Part shown: positions 45,416-57,896 of the stretch, in pieces
Position numbering within the stretch: the stretch's first letter is position 1
Layout of the letters: the number at the start of each line of letters is the position of its first letter
Made by a program: the position numbers and the translations under genes
Notes under the pieces: model-generated
The model's database searches: none
What the model was told of the DNA's origin: nothing
What the model saw: only the letters and a program-made list of their open reading frames with translations
Assembly: GCA_010909165.1 (NCBI GenBank)
Contig: MU008153.1
Coordinates: 248,001-312,000 of the forward strand
DNA from: Anthoceros angustus
Taxonomy: Eukaryota; Plantae; Anthocerotophyta
DNA length: 64,000 bases
Direction of reading: 5' to 3'

Positions 45416-46874
45416 GTGGCAACCGAAAACGTGACTACGTACAAAATGGTACCCACCCAGGGACATTAGATGTTGTGACATAAACGTGTCATCCTCATCC
45501 GGTTCGGAGAAGTTTTCTTTGTTGCCTCTCCTATGCAGCTGATATGCCTTGTCTTGTCCATGCACCACCAAACTACCTATATGCCTGTATGGTGTGGTCA
45601 TCCAGTACCTAGACATTCTGCCATAGTATGTAGTTAGACTCATCTTCCGATAATGGTCCTGAATGATGGGTACAATATGGCAACCGGACCCGTTCTGGAC
45701 CCAACAAATTGATGTATATATGTACAGGGATTCTAAGAGATTGAGATCCCGCTCACCTCATCTTAGGGAGTCAACCCCTGGCAAACAAAGCTTCCAGGTG
45801 TAGCAGTATAAGGAGCCCTAGCTAGCACTTCTAGGTGGAACAGTATCTCCTCCAAAAGCGGTTTGTCTCCAAACCCCATTTTGGCTTCCGGAAACCATCA
45901 CCACACATGTCTCATTTTGACAATCGCAACTCATTTAAAAAAAAAGATCCATGTAAAAGTCAGCGCCTACATATATAACAGATCTAAATATTCAGTGTAA
46001 AATGCTATCTCCAATAAGCTCACTAAGGATTGCTCACCATGTTTGCAACACATATGCTGAAAAATATCGGTTTGCAATGTGTGTAAGAAACAAATAGGAA
46101 ACTCCGCTCTCTTCTCGGAGACAAAACTTGTGGATCTTCCTATACATTACAAATTTTAGTTTTTATTTCTCCCACCCAGTGTGGTTTCCAACTCACATGA
46201 TATCTCTATATGAACTGGTTGCCATAGTATGGCTATAGCGCTAGCTAATTGATCTTCTCCAAATCCAAAACGTTTGGGAAGCATCCCTACTTGGCATTTG
46301 TGAAACCAAATCTTTGCTTGCCTACTACATTTTATTTTGCACCTCTTACATGCCACACCTGTATCTTCCCATTCCATGGTTTCCATGATTCCAAAGTCCG
46401 ATAGCTTGAACATGATAATTCTTATATTTTTATATTTTTCCATACACTCCCAGTCCACTCAAATGCATTACCTATCCTTTACGACCCGTTGCCATAGTAT
46501 CCTTATTCGCCAAACAACCAGTTGCCATAGTGAAATGCTAGACTAGCAATCAACAAATGTGAAACGACTCTGGAGACCCCCGGTCATTTTGGGGTTAACG
46601 CTTGTCTGCTTCGTTTTGCCTTCCATTGCTGATGTGAGGCCAGGGCTGATCAGTAAGACGCAAGTAGCAAGAGAAGCAGAAGAGGAAAAACGGAAGCACG
46701 AAAGAAGCAGGTCCAAGTGTCGGGCCCTGCTCCCGCATGCATGCCCGCCAGGTGAGGCGACGCGCCACAACAGCAGCGTGATGGAGCGGCGTTCCGTTAA
46801 ACTGGGCCGACTCCAACTTGGATCGCGCGGGCGCCAAAATTCTGTGATGCGGTCGGCCGGCCGCGGCAGCAGGC

Positions 46875-49171
46875 ATGGCAAATCTCCGCGGCGCTGCCGA
46901 CGAGCCGTTGCAGCCCGGGGAGGAGGAGGAGGGCAGTGATGCTTCCCGTGCGGCCCACGGGAGTCACTGCGTGCAGCAGGGGGGAGAGGAGCCCGCTAGG
47001 GCTGACGAGATCGCGCTGCGGGTCTCTGCGCTCCTGGAGCGTTGCAAGTCTTTGCAGGAGGAAGCCGCCTCCTACAGGTCAGGGCTCAGGCGGGATGCGG
47101 AGGCCATCAGCCAGAATGCGCTGGCGCTGGAGTCGCAAATTAGGCTCCTGCAGGGGGATATCAATTTGGCTACGGATAAAGATCACATGAGCCAGCAGCT
47201 CGCTGACAGGGTGAGATGGAGTTTGAGTTTTGGTAGATCAAGCTTGGTGCTGGAATTTGGTGTGTTCTCATTTTTTCTGTTTGTTTCGTTGCGGTGTTAG
47301 CTGGAGGAGGAGTTGTACGGAGGCCGGAGTATGATATACGAGGGTGATGTTGGAGCTCTTCTCCCGTACAAGTGTAATGGTGTGTAATTTTGTGGAATTG
47401 GGACCTCCCAAGCCTTGTGCGGGGTTTTAAGTGTTTATTGTTGAGGAGGGCCCTGAGAGGTTCTGCATGGCACAGCTCTATGATTAGGCGAGTGCAGATG
47501 CCCTCCTGAGTTGTGTTGCCAACTATGCAGTAGGAGCTGAGTTATACTTGCAGGCTACCTTACTGTCTGGCTTGGCCGCTCCGAGTGACTCAAGCTGACG
47601 TAGTTTCTAACGGTAGGCTGTTGTTGATGGACAGTTTTATTTCTAAGGTTACTTCTTGGTCCTGTAAATGTTCGAGCACCTCAAAATCATGTCCGGCTGA
47701 AAGTCAAAGAAGAGTACAACAGTTTCAGGGTATGGTTTTCCAAGGATTATGCCCGTGCTGTGGCTGCCGCGTTCAGTTGATTCTGACTTTGTCAGCGTTT
47801 GGTCCACAATCTTTTCTTTTTGTCGGCTCAAAATTCGCTGAGTTGATGATCTCTTTGACCTCAGGATCGCACAGCTGTTTTGTTTCTCGCCTTCCCTTCT
47901 CTCTTGCTCCTCCTCAATCATTTCATGTGGAACGGGTGTGTTCCTGCCCTGCCAGTGCAAGCTTATCAGGTGTGCAAGGATCTTTTTGTCTCTACACATC
48001 TGTAGCTGTGTCATTGTTTTAATTGTCAGCGTAGGTTTTTGTCCATCTTCGTGGTTATTGACCTTGTTTATGTGACCTGCGGAACAGGCATGGTTGCTGT
48101 TTTTCTACACAAGTCTTGCCCTCAGGGAAAACATATTGAGAATTAATGGTAGTGACATTCTGCCATGGTAATATGTCTGATTTATTAGTTGGAGTCTGTT
48201 TCCGTTGAACCGATGGTTTGGGCTGTGTACTGCTTCCAACCTTGGATGCTGTCTCAGTCCTATGTCCGGCTGTACATGCAGGTGGGTCTATCACCATTAC
48301 TGTGCAATGGCTATGGCCCTGATCAGCCTGACATGGGGTATTCAAGGCCAGGATGCTTGTCAGCGAAAGCAGGTACAGCTCTTTCGGTTTCTAGGTGTAC
48401 TGCTTTCACAAGTTTGTCCTGGTACTTTGTCTGAAGCTTTGTTTTGGTAACAGCAAGGAGTGCGTCTTTTCCTGTCATGGGCTGTCATGCAAGGTGTTGC
48501 CATGCTCCTTCAAAACCGCTATCAACGGCAGCGGCTGTATACACGGATTGCGCTTGGCAAGGTATTGCGCAATTTCATTAGCCTGAGGTAGATATTTGCA
48601 CCTTCAGTGAAGGTTTTAGTGTACCTGGACATGTTGACGATGTTCGTAATTTACACGTTGCGACTTCCTTTGCTTTTGGGACTGAATGCAGGCTGGTCCA
48701 ATGGATGTCGTTTGGGGTGAGACTGCCGGCGTGAAGGGACAACTTTGGCTACTGTACCCCTTGCTGTTTATCTTGCAGGTGCCTCTTGCTCTTGCATTGT
48801 GGTATCGCTTACAAAGTCTTTATGCCAATAAGCGATCTCTTTTTCATTCGCATTTACTTCTCGCAGGCATTCCAGTTTGCTATTGGGCTGCTTCTCCTGC
48901 GGACAGCCTTTTTCGAAGAGCAATCAGAATGGCAGGCATGTCTTTTCACCAATTTCCTGCCGCAGTCGTGCATAGTTTTTTTGCTACTTTTCTCCGCTGA
49001 CAGGCGTTATTCCTGCTTCAGGTTGTGGCTTGCGGTGTACTACTGGTCACGATGGCCGTCGGGAACTTTTTAAACACGGTCTCCACGGTTGTTGCGAAAA
49101 GCAAAAAGAAGGCTAAAATGAAGACAACGCAGCAGGCGTTGCAGCCCATGTCGTCTAAAAAGTTGCCCTGA
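46875..49171 (+). CDS. TMEM120: TMEM120/TMPIT-family membrane protein, about 10 exons
   Basis: N-terminal coiled coil, LLGPVNVRA...LKVKEEYNSFR, AWLLFFYTSLALRENILRINGSDI, WVYHHYCAM, LQNRYQRQRLYTRIALGK, MDVVWGET and GNFLNT. The last intron appears to be GC-AG (48936-49021). Confidence 0.94.
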
Positions 49172-51022
49172 CTCACCGGGACTGTATGAACGTTTGATAA
49201 TGCTTAGCTTCGTCTCGGCTCTGAGGGCCGAGTTCACGGAGCTTGCGCAGTGCGATATGGGACGATGCAGTGGTGCAAGCGTGTCTCGTCATGCTCCAGT
49301 ATACCACGTTTGACACAAAGCCACCAATACATGCGCTGTCCAGAGAGCTGCATTACACGGAGTACAGCACACTCGAGAGACAAGGGCGTGACCCTAAATG
49401 GATTTGCCTATACAGTTCAGCTACTGAGGGACGAAAGCACATTTGAATTTGCTGAACTATTCAGGCCCTCTCGGTTACAAGAATACAGAGGAACTGCGAG
49501 CGGAAGGTCATGTGTTAAATGCTCAATGGCTCTAAGAAAGTCATCCATACATTCTGGGCTTACTCAGCCCCCCTCCAATCTCCACTCTCCACTCATCGAA
49601 CTTGAAAACTACCCAGGATGCTATGAGGACTAAATTGGGCAATGTTTCCATAAGTGGTTGCTTCAGCCCGCCCTTTAGACGCTTTTACACCTCAGTTTAA
49701 TCATGAGAAAGATATATATCAGAATCTTGATTGCTGAGATTGACAATTGAATAAATAAAAAGACAAGTATTAATAATCAAGATAAATAAGTATCTAGTAA
49801 TAATTATAAGGATAAATTAAGAAATACCTGAGGAGCGGGTCGTGGATTGAGACCTTGACCGGGTATCGTTTGGACAGGCCCATCACAAAGCTTAGTTAGT
49901 GACTCCGTGACTCATGTTAAGAGATAGCGTAAGTGACCCGAGTTATTTTAAGTTCCCTGGTATAAATCGCGTATTTTGTGTCTATTTTAGTCAATGCTAA
50001 CCTTCATGTCAAAACATAACATATTTTCAATGCTAATAGAGGTTTCCAAGGATTCCGTGCTGATACAATGTAGATTACGCTTGTTGCTTTGCAGCAGATT
50101 CTAATTAAATATTTGAACAATATTATGGATAAGGTACCTATGTGGAAACTCCATTGACTTCAAATCTATTCAAGTATTCTACAGTGTAACATATTAACAT
50201 AAAATATATTTAGTATAATAACTTTGTGAATGTGTTGTATGGAAACTCCATTGAACTAAAATAGATATATTCAACTTAAATAATTATATTATTATTATTT
50301 ATTTATTTAATATTTATATAGGAATAAATTACCTTTTACAAAGATTTCATATTTACAGCATGTTGTATTGGCTTTTACCTTAAATCATGTTGTATTGGCG
50401 TTGGAAATGTCCTCCAAAGGTTTTTGAAACCTTGCATCGGCGCTGATCCGTGCACCTCTTATGTGTTCTCCATCCCCACAAACCACAACAAATCTCCCAT
50501 TATAATCATGCTTCAAACTCTACAAAAATGAGACAAACATGGTGAGGAGAAACAAACAAGCCTAAATATATTTTAATTGATTTTCATGACAAACAAAATG
50601 CTTTAAATGTTACTCACTCCCCTACCCCCTAGTTGGGATTACATGCCAAATATTATTTATTATTTGCTACCTTTTTTATATATAGATTCATAATTAAAAA
50701 TCAACAAATAATTTATTAATAATATATATTAAATTTAGATTTATAATTCAATTACATTTAGATTTATAATTTAATATATATTACATTTAGATTCATATTA
50801 ATTTAATATTTAAAAATATTATGAGGGAATGGGCCTTAAAAACACTTGACACTATGAGAAAATTACATAGTCTAGAAAAGGAAATCCTTAATTACGCTAG
50901 GAATGAACTTAGTCAAGGCTTAATTAGATGCAATTTCAGACCAATTTAACATACTTACTTTTAATTGTTCTAATATAATTTAAGAATGGTTTTCAATATT
51001 CATATTTGAATACGATGGTCCA

Positions 51023-51126
51023 GGTAGTTGTTCTTTCCGTCGGCAACCTTCCCCCTTCCTCTTGCACATAGTTGTGGTCGAGGTAGTTGTTCTTTCCGTC
51101 GGCAACCTTCCCTTTCCTCTTGCACT
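51023..51126. repeat. 60-bp tandem duplication
   Basis: ggtagttgttctttccgtcggcaaccttccc...tcctcttgcac at 51023 and 51083. Confidence 0.85.
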
Positions 51127-51492
51127 TAGTTGTGCCCACTAGCTTCTGTGCCGGACAAGAGCACATCTCTTGTTGAGCATTCTGTGAAATGACATGGTTG
51201 CAATGAACCTTGAACCATTCCTGCTTTTGACACTCCATGAGAATGAGTGCATTTGCATTTTCCTCGTTCACTTTCATCGCCACCAATGTGGCCTTCAATT
51301 CACTCCAATCCGAAGAACAAGACACGCCACCGCATTGCCTCTCATTTCACTGCTTGAGCCAATCCTCCTCATTCATACCTTCCTTGCAGCCGCATCGCAG
51401 CCACGGCCGTAATTAGCCGCCATCTCAAATCCAGATGCTAACAGCAGACCGGAGAGGAAGCAGATCTGGAGCGATTGGCCCCGGAATGTAGC

Positions 51493-54158
51493 ATGAAAGG
51501 GAAGGAAAGCGTGTTGATGCCTACACCTTACAAACGCGTGGAGACGGATCAAGAACGAGGGAAGCGGGAGCAGAAATCGGAGTCGCTCCGGACGAGCATC
51601 AGCCTGAGGAGCGTGGAACGGGAGCTGGCGCTTGCGCAGCGGCGAGCCAGCGTCCCCAAGGATGTCGAGAGCGCGCTTCATCGGCAGGGCGCAGGGAAGG
51701 AGAAGGAAGCCGGCGCTGGCGATGGCGGTGCGGCCACCATCGCCGCTCGCCGCAGGGCTTCAATGGGAGCAGGCGCGATCCCGGGAGCGAGCTCGGGCTC
51801 GGGCTCGAAGGAGACAATGCGATCGCAGGCGCGCGGTGGTGGCACCGTCCCCGATTTAAGTAGGGATGCGTGGAAGTATGGAAGAGAGATAGGCAGGCTG
51901 AGATCCGCGGCTTCTTCGTCTTCCTCGTCGCAGGGTTTTGCTTCTTCTGCGAAACGGCGATTAGGCTCCCTGCCGCATTCGAGCGCCACGATCCCTGAGC
52001 GGAGGCCCGAGGAATATGCGATCCGGTCGGCCCTGGAGGCGCAGGGCGTAGCTAGAAGCTTCGGCGCCATGCCGGCCAGCAACAGCCAGTTCGGTGTCGG
52101 CTACATAGAGGAAGGCGGAGCGCGTAGCGTGAGCCCCGGTCGGGCGAGGCTTCGCAAATCGGAGTCGTCTTCCAGCGACTCGGACGAGTCTGGAGAGATC
52201 GAGCGGGATGCACAAGAGTGGCAGCAGGGGAGTTCGCCTGGTAACTCTTACGATCTCGCGACGTCGGGCAGTGGCGGATGCCTTAGCGGCGAGCGCAGCA
52301 CGAGCCCGAACAGATCGTCGCAGAAGCTGGTGCAACAGGGGGTGGAGGACATGCGGTTGGGGGATCCGGTGCGGGGGGATGAGGAGGAGGGCAGGGACAA
52401 GGCCATGGCGTCCACCAGCGGGTCCAGGAGCAACCACGGCGAGAAGCGGCAGTCGACGCTGGAGTTGGGAGCGCTTAAGTCGCGGGGCAAGGGAATGGCG
52501 GGCCTTGTGGGCCTGTCGAATGAGGGGAATACGTGCTATCTGAACAGCTGCTTGCAGTGTCTCATACACACGCTGCCGCTGGCGTCGGTTGTTCTCAATG
52601 GGTTTTCTGATCTGGCTCAGAGGCCGAGCAGTCGGAGCAGCATCGGCGGGGGTTCCCGGAGGGCTTCCAGTGGTAGTACGGAGTCCGCGGTGGAGCTGGC
52701 TCACGCCTTCAGTCAGCTCGTCACGGATCTTTGGAACAAGGATGAGTACAGTGTGCTCTGCCCTACCGGCTTCATCCGTCGGCTGACGGCTTTGGCTCCT
52801 CAATTCGCTGGGAACCACCAGCATGATGCGCAGGTGAGGTGGAGGGGATGCGGTTTTGTGATGTGCAGTGGGAGATACGGCATTAGGTTTTGTGGGCTGT
52901 TGGATGGCTGGTTTTGATCCGTGCGTGGGAATGTGTTGAGAGCAGGAGGTGATGAGAACGATTCTGGACGGGCTGCACGACGCAGTGAACAGGGTGAGGA
53001 GGCCTGCACCGTACCGTGAGCTGAATGTGGATGAGATGCCTCTGGCGGAAGCTGCTGAGGTTGCCTGGAAGTACCACAAATCGTTTCACGACTCTGTTAT
53101 ACAGGACATTTTCTGTGGTAGGTTTCTGTGACTGTTGGAGTCGAAGTGTTTTGTGCTAGGGTCCTGCATTTTGTTTTTCTTAATGGGGGCAAACCTGCTG
53201 GGAACTGTGCAGGTCAGCTCCAGAGTACCATTGAGTGTTCTGTGTGTCACCATAAATCCCACTGCTTTGACCCTTTTATGGATCTGTCATTGCCACTGCC
53301 CAAGCCCGATACAAGACCCTATCAGGGTCGTGGTAGAGTCACGATCCAGGATTGCCTTGCCGCCTTTGTGTCACCGGAGCGGCTTGATGGGACTAATAAG
53401 TGGTTTTGCTCAAGCTGTAAGGTCAATCGTAAATTCAATCTCCCTAGTCCTCCATCTGTCTCTTCCGCCTTTGCTGAGTTGATTTGCTTGATGGATGAAT
53501 CCACACACGGGGAAGTGATTTTTGTTGCACTGACGAGCATGTTTTTCTGCTCACAGACTTCTCAGGCCTCCACACAGCTGCTAAACATTTACAGGCTGCC
53601 CCCAGTTCTCGTGTTTCACATTAAGGTGAAAGTCGGTTGGTACCTGCCCTCTTGCGAGAACTTGATGGGGTTTGGAAGAAACGGTGCATGTTTGACTGAT
53701 GGAAGGAAACTTCCATGCTTGTGCAGCGTTTCTGTAAAGGGAGTTCTTACTCCTACGCCAAAGACGAGACATCAGTATCGTACCCAATCAAGGGCCTCGA
53801 CTTGACCGAAATTCTTGGGTAACCCCAATATTCTCTCCCCCTTGTGCACATTTCTCGTACGCCAGGAATAGATTTGACCTAACCAACGTGGCTTGCTTTC
53901 CTTTCTATTTGCAGAGATAGATCGGGAATGTGGAGCAGCGAGCAGGCCATCTACGATCTATATGGCGTCTGCAACCACTCGGGGTCGTTGACTGCCGGTC
54001 ACTACACAGCCCTGTGCAAGAACGTGGGTAACGACAGCTGGCACAGCTTCAATGACAGTTTCGTGAAATCAGTTCAGGAAGATGCTGTCCAGACCTCGGC
54101 CGCATACATCCTCTTCTACCAGCAAAGAGAGGCCATGAGTTCAAGCATGAGAGGATGA
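51493..54158 (+). CDS. Ubiquitin-specific protease (peptidase C19) with a long disordered N-terminus; exons 51493-52833, 52946-53117, 53213-53421, 53557-53625, 53727-53818, 53915-54158
   Basis: Cys box GLVGLSNEGNTCYLNSCLQCL, QHDAQE, GQLQSTIECSVC, FMDLSLPLP, WFCSSCK, LVFHIKRF, His box YDLYGVCNHSGSLTAGHYTA, WHSFNDS and AYILFY. Confidence 0.94.
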
Positions 54159-56148
54159 AGTGCGTGCAGCATGATGTCAGCTGTCTGCCTGGAACAGCTG
54201 GGACTTCACGACCATCGAGAGCTATTCTATTGCCAAGCCCGAGGAACATTTATATTCATCAGGCAGTTTTGAGTCGGAGATACCGTGGGCTGCATCTCGA
54301 GAGCAGAGCAGAGCAGAGCCGAGGCAGAGCCACAGCCAGTGCAGCGACACACTACTCTCCTGTACGTTTTGCTTGAGGACTCACACATCCCGCCAACAAC
54401 TCGCTTATTCATTTGAGTGCAGGTTTTTGCCCACCTCCACATTTTTCCAAGACATGAACACCAATTTTTGTAGCCAGCCCAGCGGACATCACCCACCAGC
54501 CGGAGATCTCGGAAGGTGAGACATCCGACATGCCCAATCCTGACTTGTAAGGCCCCCGTCTGACAGGGCTCCAGTATCCCGAAACAAACAGGTGGTTATG
54601 GCAACTGCTCCTACTTAGGTGCAACACTGTACTAGCCTAGCCTAAACTGGTGCAGCAGACATTAGGTGTGGGTACTGTCACTGATCCCGGGCCGGGGAGT
54701 CGGGCAGGGCAGGGCAGTTTTCTCAGGGCCGTTGCACGCTGTCAAGTAGGATGGAGGGTGTGTCAGACGAGATAGGATAGTCTTGGGAAAGTCGTTTGAA
54801 AGTCGGCCGGCCATTGGCCACTCCAGATATCCCTCGTCACGAAAATCTCTCATCTCGATCTGTCAGCCGCAATTTTGTGACCCGCATTTCTCCCTCTTAC
54901 ATACATGCTTTCGTTCCCAATATCCATCCTACATACAGCCGAGTCGAATCGAGTCGAGTCCAGTGAGACGAGTCCCCAAAGGAACAATAGGCTACTTATT
55001 GCTATGTAAGATATCTGCCGCGCCTGCATCCCTGCATCAGTCATCAGTCCAGCCAGGTACACGCGCATCGCTTTCTCTTTCCCGCCTTCTCCTGCTACAG
55101 GAAGAGGGAAGTGGTCATGGCAGATCCGACCCGACCCGACCTGACCCGACCCGTTCTGCAAAGGTGCGCGCCTCCCCTGCCACCGCAGATGCAGTTTGGC
55201 AGAACCCACCATCTATCACGTTGCTTGCCACAGCAGCTCTGCGCGCTGGCTGGCTGCAGCAGCCAGCTCACAGTTTCAGACACCACCGGGCCGGACAGAC
55301 AAAAGTCCCCTGCAGCTCACTGGGGATGGATGGATGTATGTAAGCCTTTTTGTTTATTATATGTACGAATATATGTAAACTCGGACTGTGTACAAGTTGC
55401 CTTGAGAGACGGCAACGGCAGGATTCCAGGCCTCCTTGCGGCCGCAAGAATATAGATAGATGATAAATCTTACAAATGGAGTCACAGGAAGGAGGAGTCC
55501 GGGAAGCAAAGGAAGCAAGGAAGCCAAGGAAGGAAGGAAAAATTGGTGACCAAAACTTGGACCCTATCTCATGTCCCTTCCCCCACTGGAAGGAAAAAGG
55601 GAAGGCGGCAACTCAGGATCTCTTGGTTCGCTCCTCTGAACCAAATGAATGAAATTAGCTCAACTGCGCAAGCAAGAACGTTTGCTTACTCTTGCTACTA
55701 GGTAGTCAGAGAATTCCCTCTCTTTTCTCTCTCGTTCGATCTCTCTTTTCCCCACCTCATCCTACAAAACTTGTAGTAGATAAGACTGCTACTGCTATTC
55801 GCTACTACTACTGCTGCATGTATGCTAATCCCCGCCCACCCAGCAATGTTAAAATCAGCTGCCCAAAATGTGATCCTCCTTTCCTTTCAGTTCCCTCCCA
55901 GACATGAAGACATGACAGCAAGCAACAAAAGCTCCTCCCCGGGAACCCACAACATCCTCGCAGGGGAAGGGAAAAAACAAGCTGCAGACATGACATGGCA
56001 GACATTCCTACGTTCCTGCCTGGCAGGGAAAAGGAATTCCTTCCTCGGACGTACTTCCTCACAGCAACTCCACAGGCAGGAAGGAGGCGTTGAGATACCG
56101 AGGGAAAGGACGCAGAGAAGGAAAGCAGGAACAAGAAGTAAGGAAGAG

Positions 56149-57896
56149 TTAATAGATAGGAGACCGGTGCGGAGTGCCCTTTCTTCTGTTGACGGAGGGG
56201 GCCAGGATGACGCTCTTCGGGGAGAGAGTGGCCGAGGAGGTAGCTGTGGTCGAGGGGCGCGTGCTGCGAATCTTCTTAGGCGGCGGCAGCGGCAAACAGA
56301 GGGTGGTGGCGGTGGAGGTGACGGCGGCGCCGCAGCCCATGCTGTCGTTGGCGGTAGAGCCCGACGAGGTCTGCGATTGCGGCTCGTCCAGCACCGAGTT
56401 GGGCGAGAACTCCTCTACATCCTCCATCTCCGCCTTGCCCCCGGTCTTCTGGCTCTCCGTGGGCGAGCAGGAGAAGAAATCCGTGAAGGGCAGGCTGCTG
56501 CAGCGCGGGAGCAACCCCGCCAGGTCCCGCCCTTGGCTCATCACCGCGTCCACCTGCAATCCGGCAATTGCCCACCACAAATCCATCAGGACCCACCGCA
56601 AATCCGTCCAGCCCAGCAGCAGCAAGAATCAGCGGCCCGAGATCGGGATTTTGCAGCGGAGAAGCTTCCAGGGTGTTTCGCGCTCACCTTGCAGGCCACG
56701 GAGCAGTAGCGGTAGGAGTCCTGCAGGCTCCTGTCGCAGGTCTCGCACGCATTGCCCTGCCCCTTGGCGGGCCGCGGCTGCGGCCGCTGGTTGAGGAACA
56801 CCACACGCGCGCTATTGATGATGTAAGTCTGCAGCACAAATCAAAATCTCGCAAATCAGCAAAAAAGCGGCTGAGCTCGATCCGGCTGCTTAGTGCCAGC
56901 TGGAATCGTAATTGGGGCGACTTCAATTGACGGCAATTCAGATCCAGGGCGGCAGCCGCCATAGCCGACCTTCACTCAAATCATTCCGCACCAAACCCAA
57001 ACCGAAACACGCTTTCCTACCTGCACCAAGGCGCAGTCCACCAGCTTCTGGATATCCTGGAGTCGAATTACATCGTGGTACACATACCGCCGGATCTGCA
57101 AGCACCGCCATCAAAAATCAACACCCAGCTCCAACAGTTTCCCCTCCCCACCAATTGCCACACAATTAATTCCCGAATCCGGTCCTCGAGGAATGAGAAC
57201 ATTAGAAGGCCACAAGACAGGCTCCAAGCCCAGATCTAATGTCCAGACAGCCCGACCCGGTGGAAGGGAGTGCGAATTACTGCAATCCCTTCTCCCACGA
57301 CCGCAACTCAAAGATCTAGCCTAGGACTCCCCCGAAAGACAGCAAATGAAACGCGCAAGACCAGCGAGGGCAAGAGGAGAAATTTTATTGTGGGCGGTGG
57401 TGAGATGATAAAATTGAGGAGCTGAATTGTTGGGTCCGAATAGGCTAGGAGGAAAAATTGCTTGCAATGCGAAGGAGCGGAATTGTTCGGAGTGATTTAC
57501 CTGGAGCAAGCGGTGAGAGCGGTGACAAGATAAACAGTGCTGGCAGATGCTGTCGTTGCAATCAACGCAGAAGATGTTGCGCTCGTTCTTCTTGGAGGCA
57601 GCGTGCTTGAGGCAGGGATTGAAGAACTTCTCAGTGAGCAGCGCCTCGAGCCAATCCGGCCTCTGAGGCACCAGGGATATCGCATACCCAACCTGCGCGC
57701 CGCAAAAAACCCACAATTGAGCACGCAGACACCAACCCGGATCAAACCTCACCCGCGCATTCCATCCCTACACAGCCCAATTCCGCAAACGCAATCCATC
57801 CTACCGCCCACAATTCCCGCCCAGCAGAAAACGAGTACGAAACGCAATGCAAGGCGCCGGAATGCAGGGGCGGGGAATTGAGCCAAATTGTACCAT
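56149..57896 (-). CDS. PLATZ: PLATZ zinc-dependent transcription factor; coding exons 57896-57894 (ATG only), 57692-57501, 57095-57021, 56828-56688, 56553-56149
   Basis: [19 protein letters not shown]...NIFCVDC...[39 protein letters not shown]...CETCDRSL...YCSVACK and C-terminal [10 protein letters not shown]. The ATG-only exon is less certain than the rest. Confidence 0.95.

Noticed and set aside
50993-51325. 110-aa minus-strand ORF upstream of the USP
   Set aside because: Non-ATG start, partly made of a 60-bp duplication, and no recognisable homology.
51961-53079. 372-aa antisense ORF (likewise 26839-27444, 55822-56709, 11927-12499)
   Set aside because: Shadow ORFs opposite GC-rich real genes.
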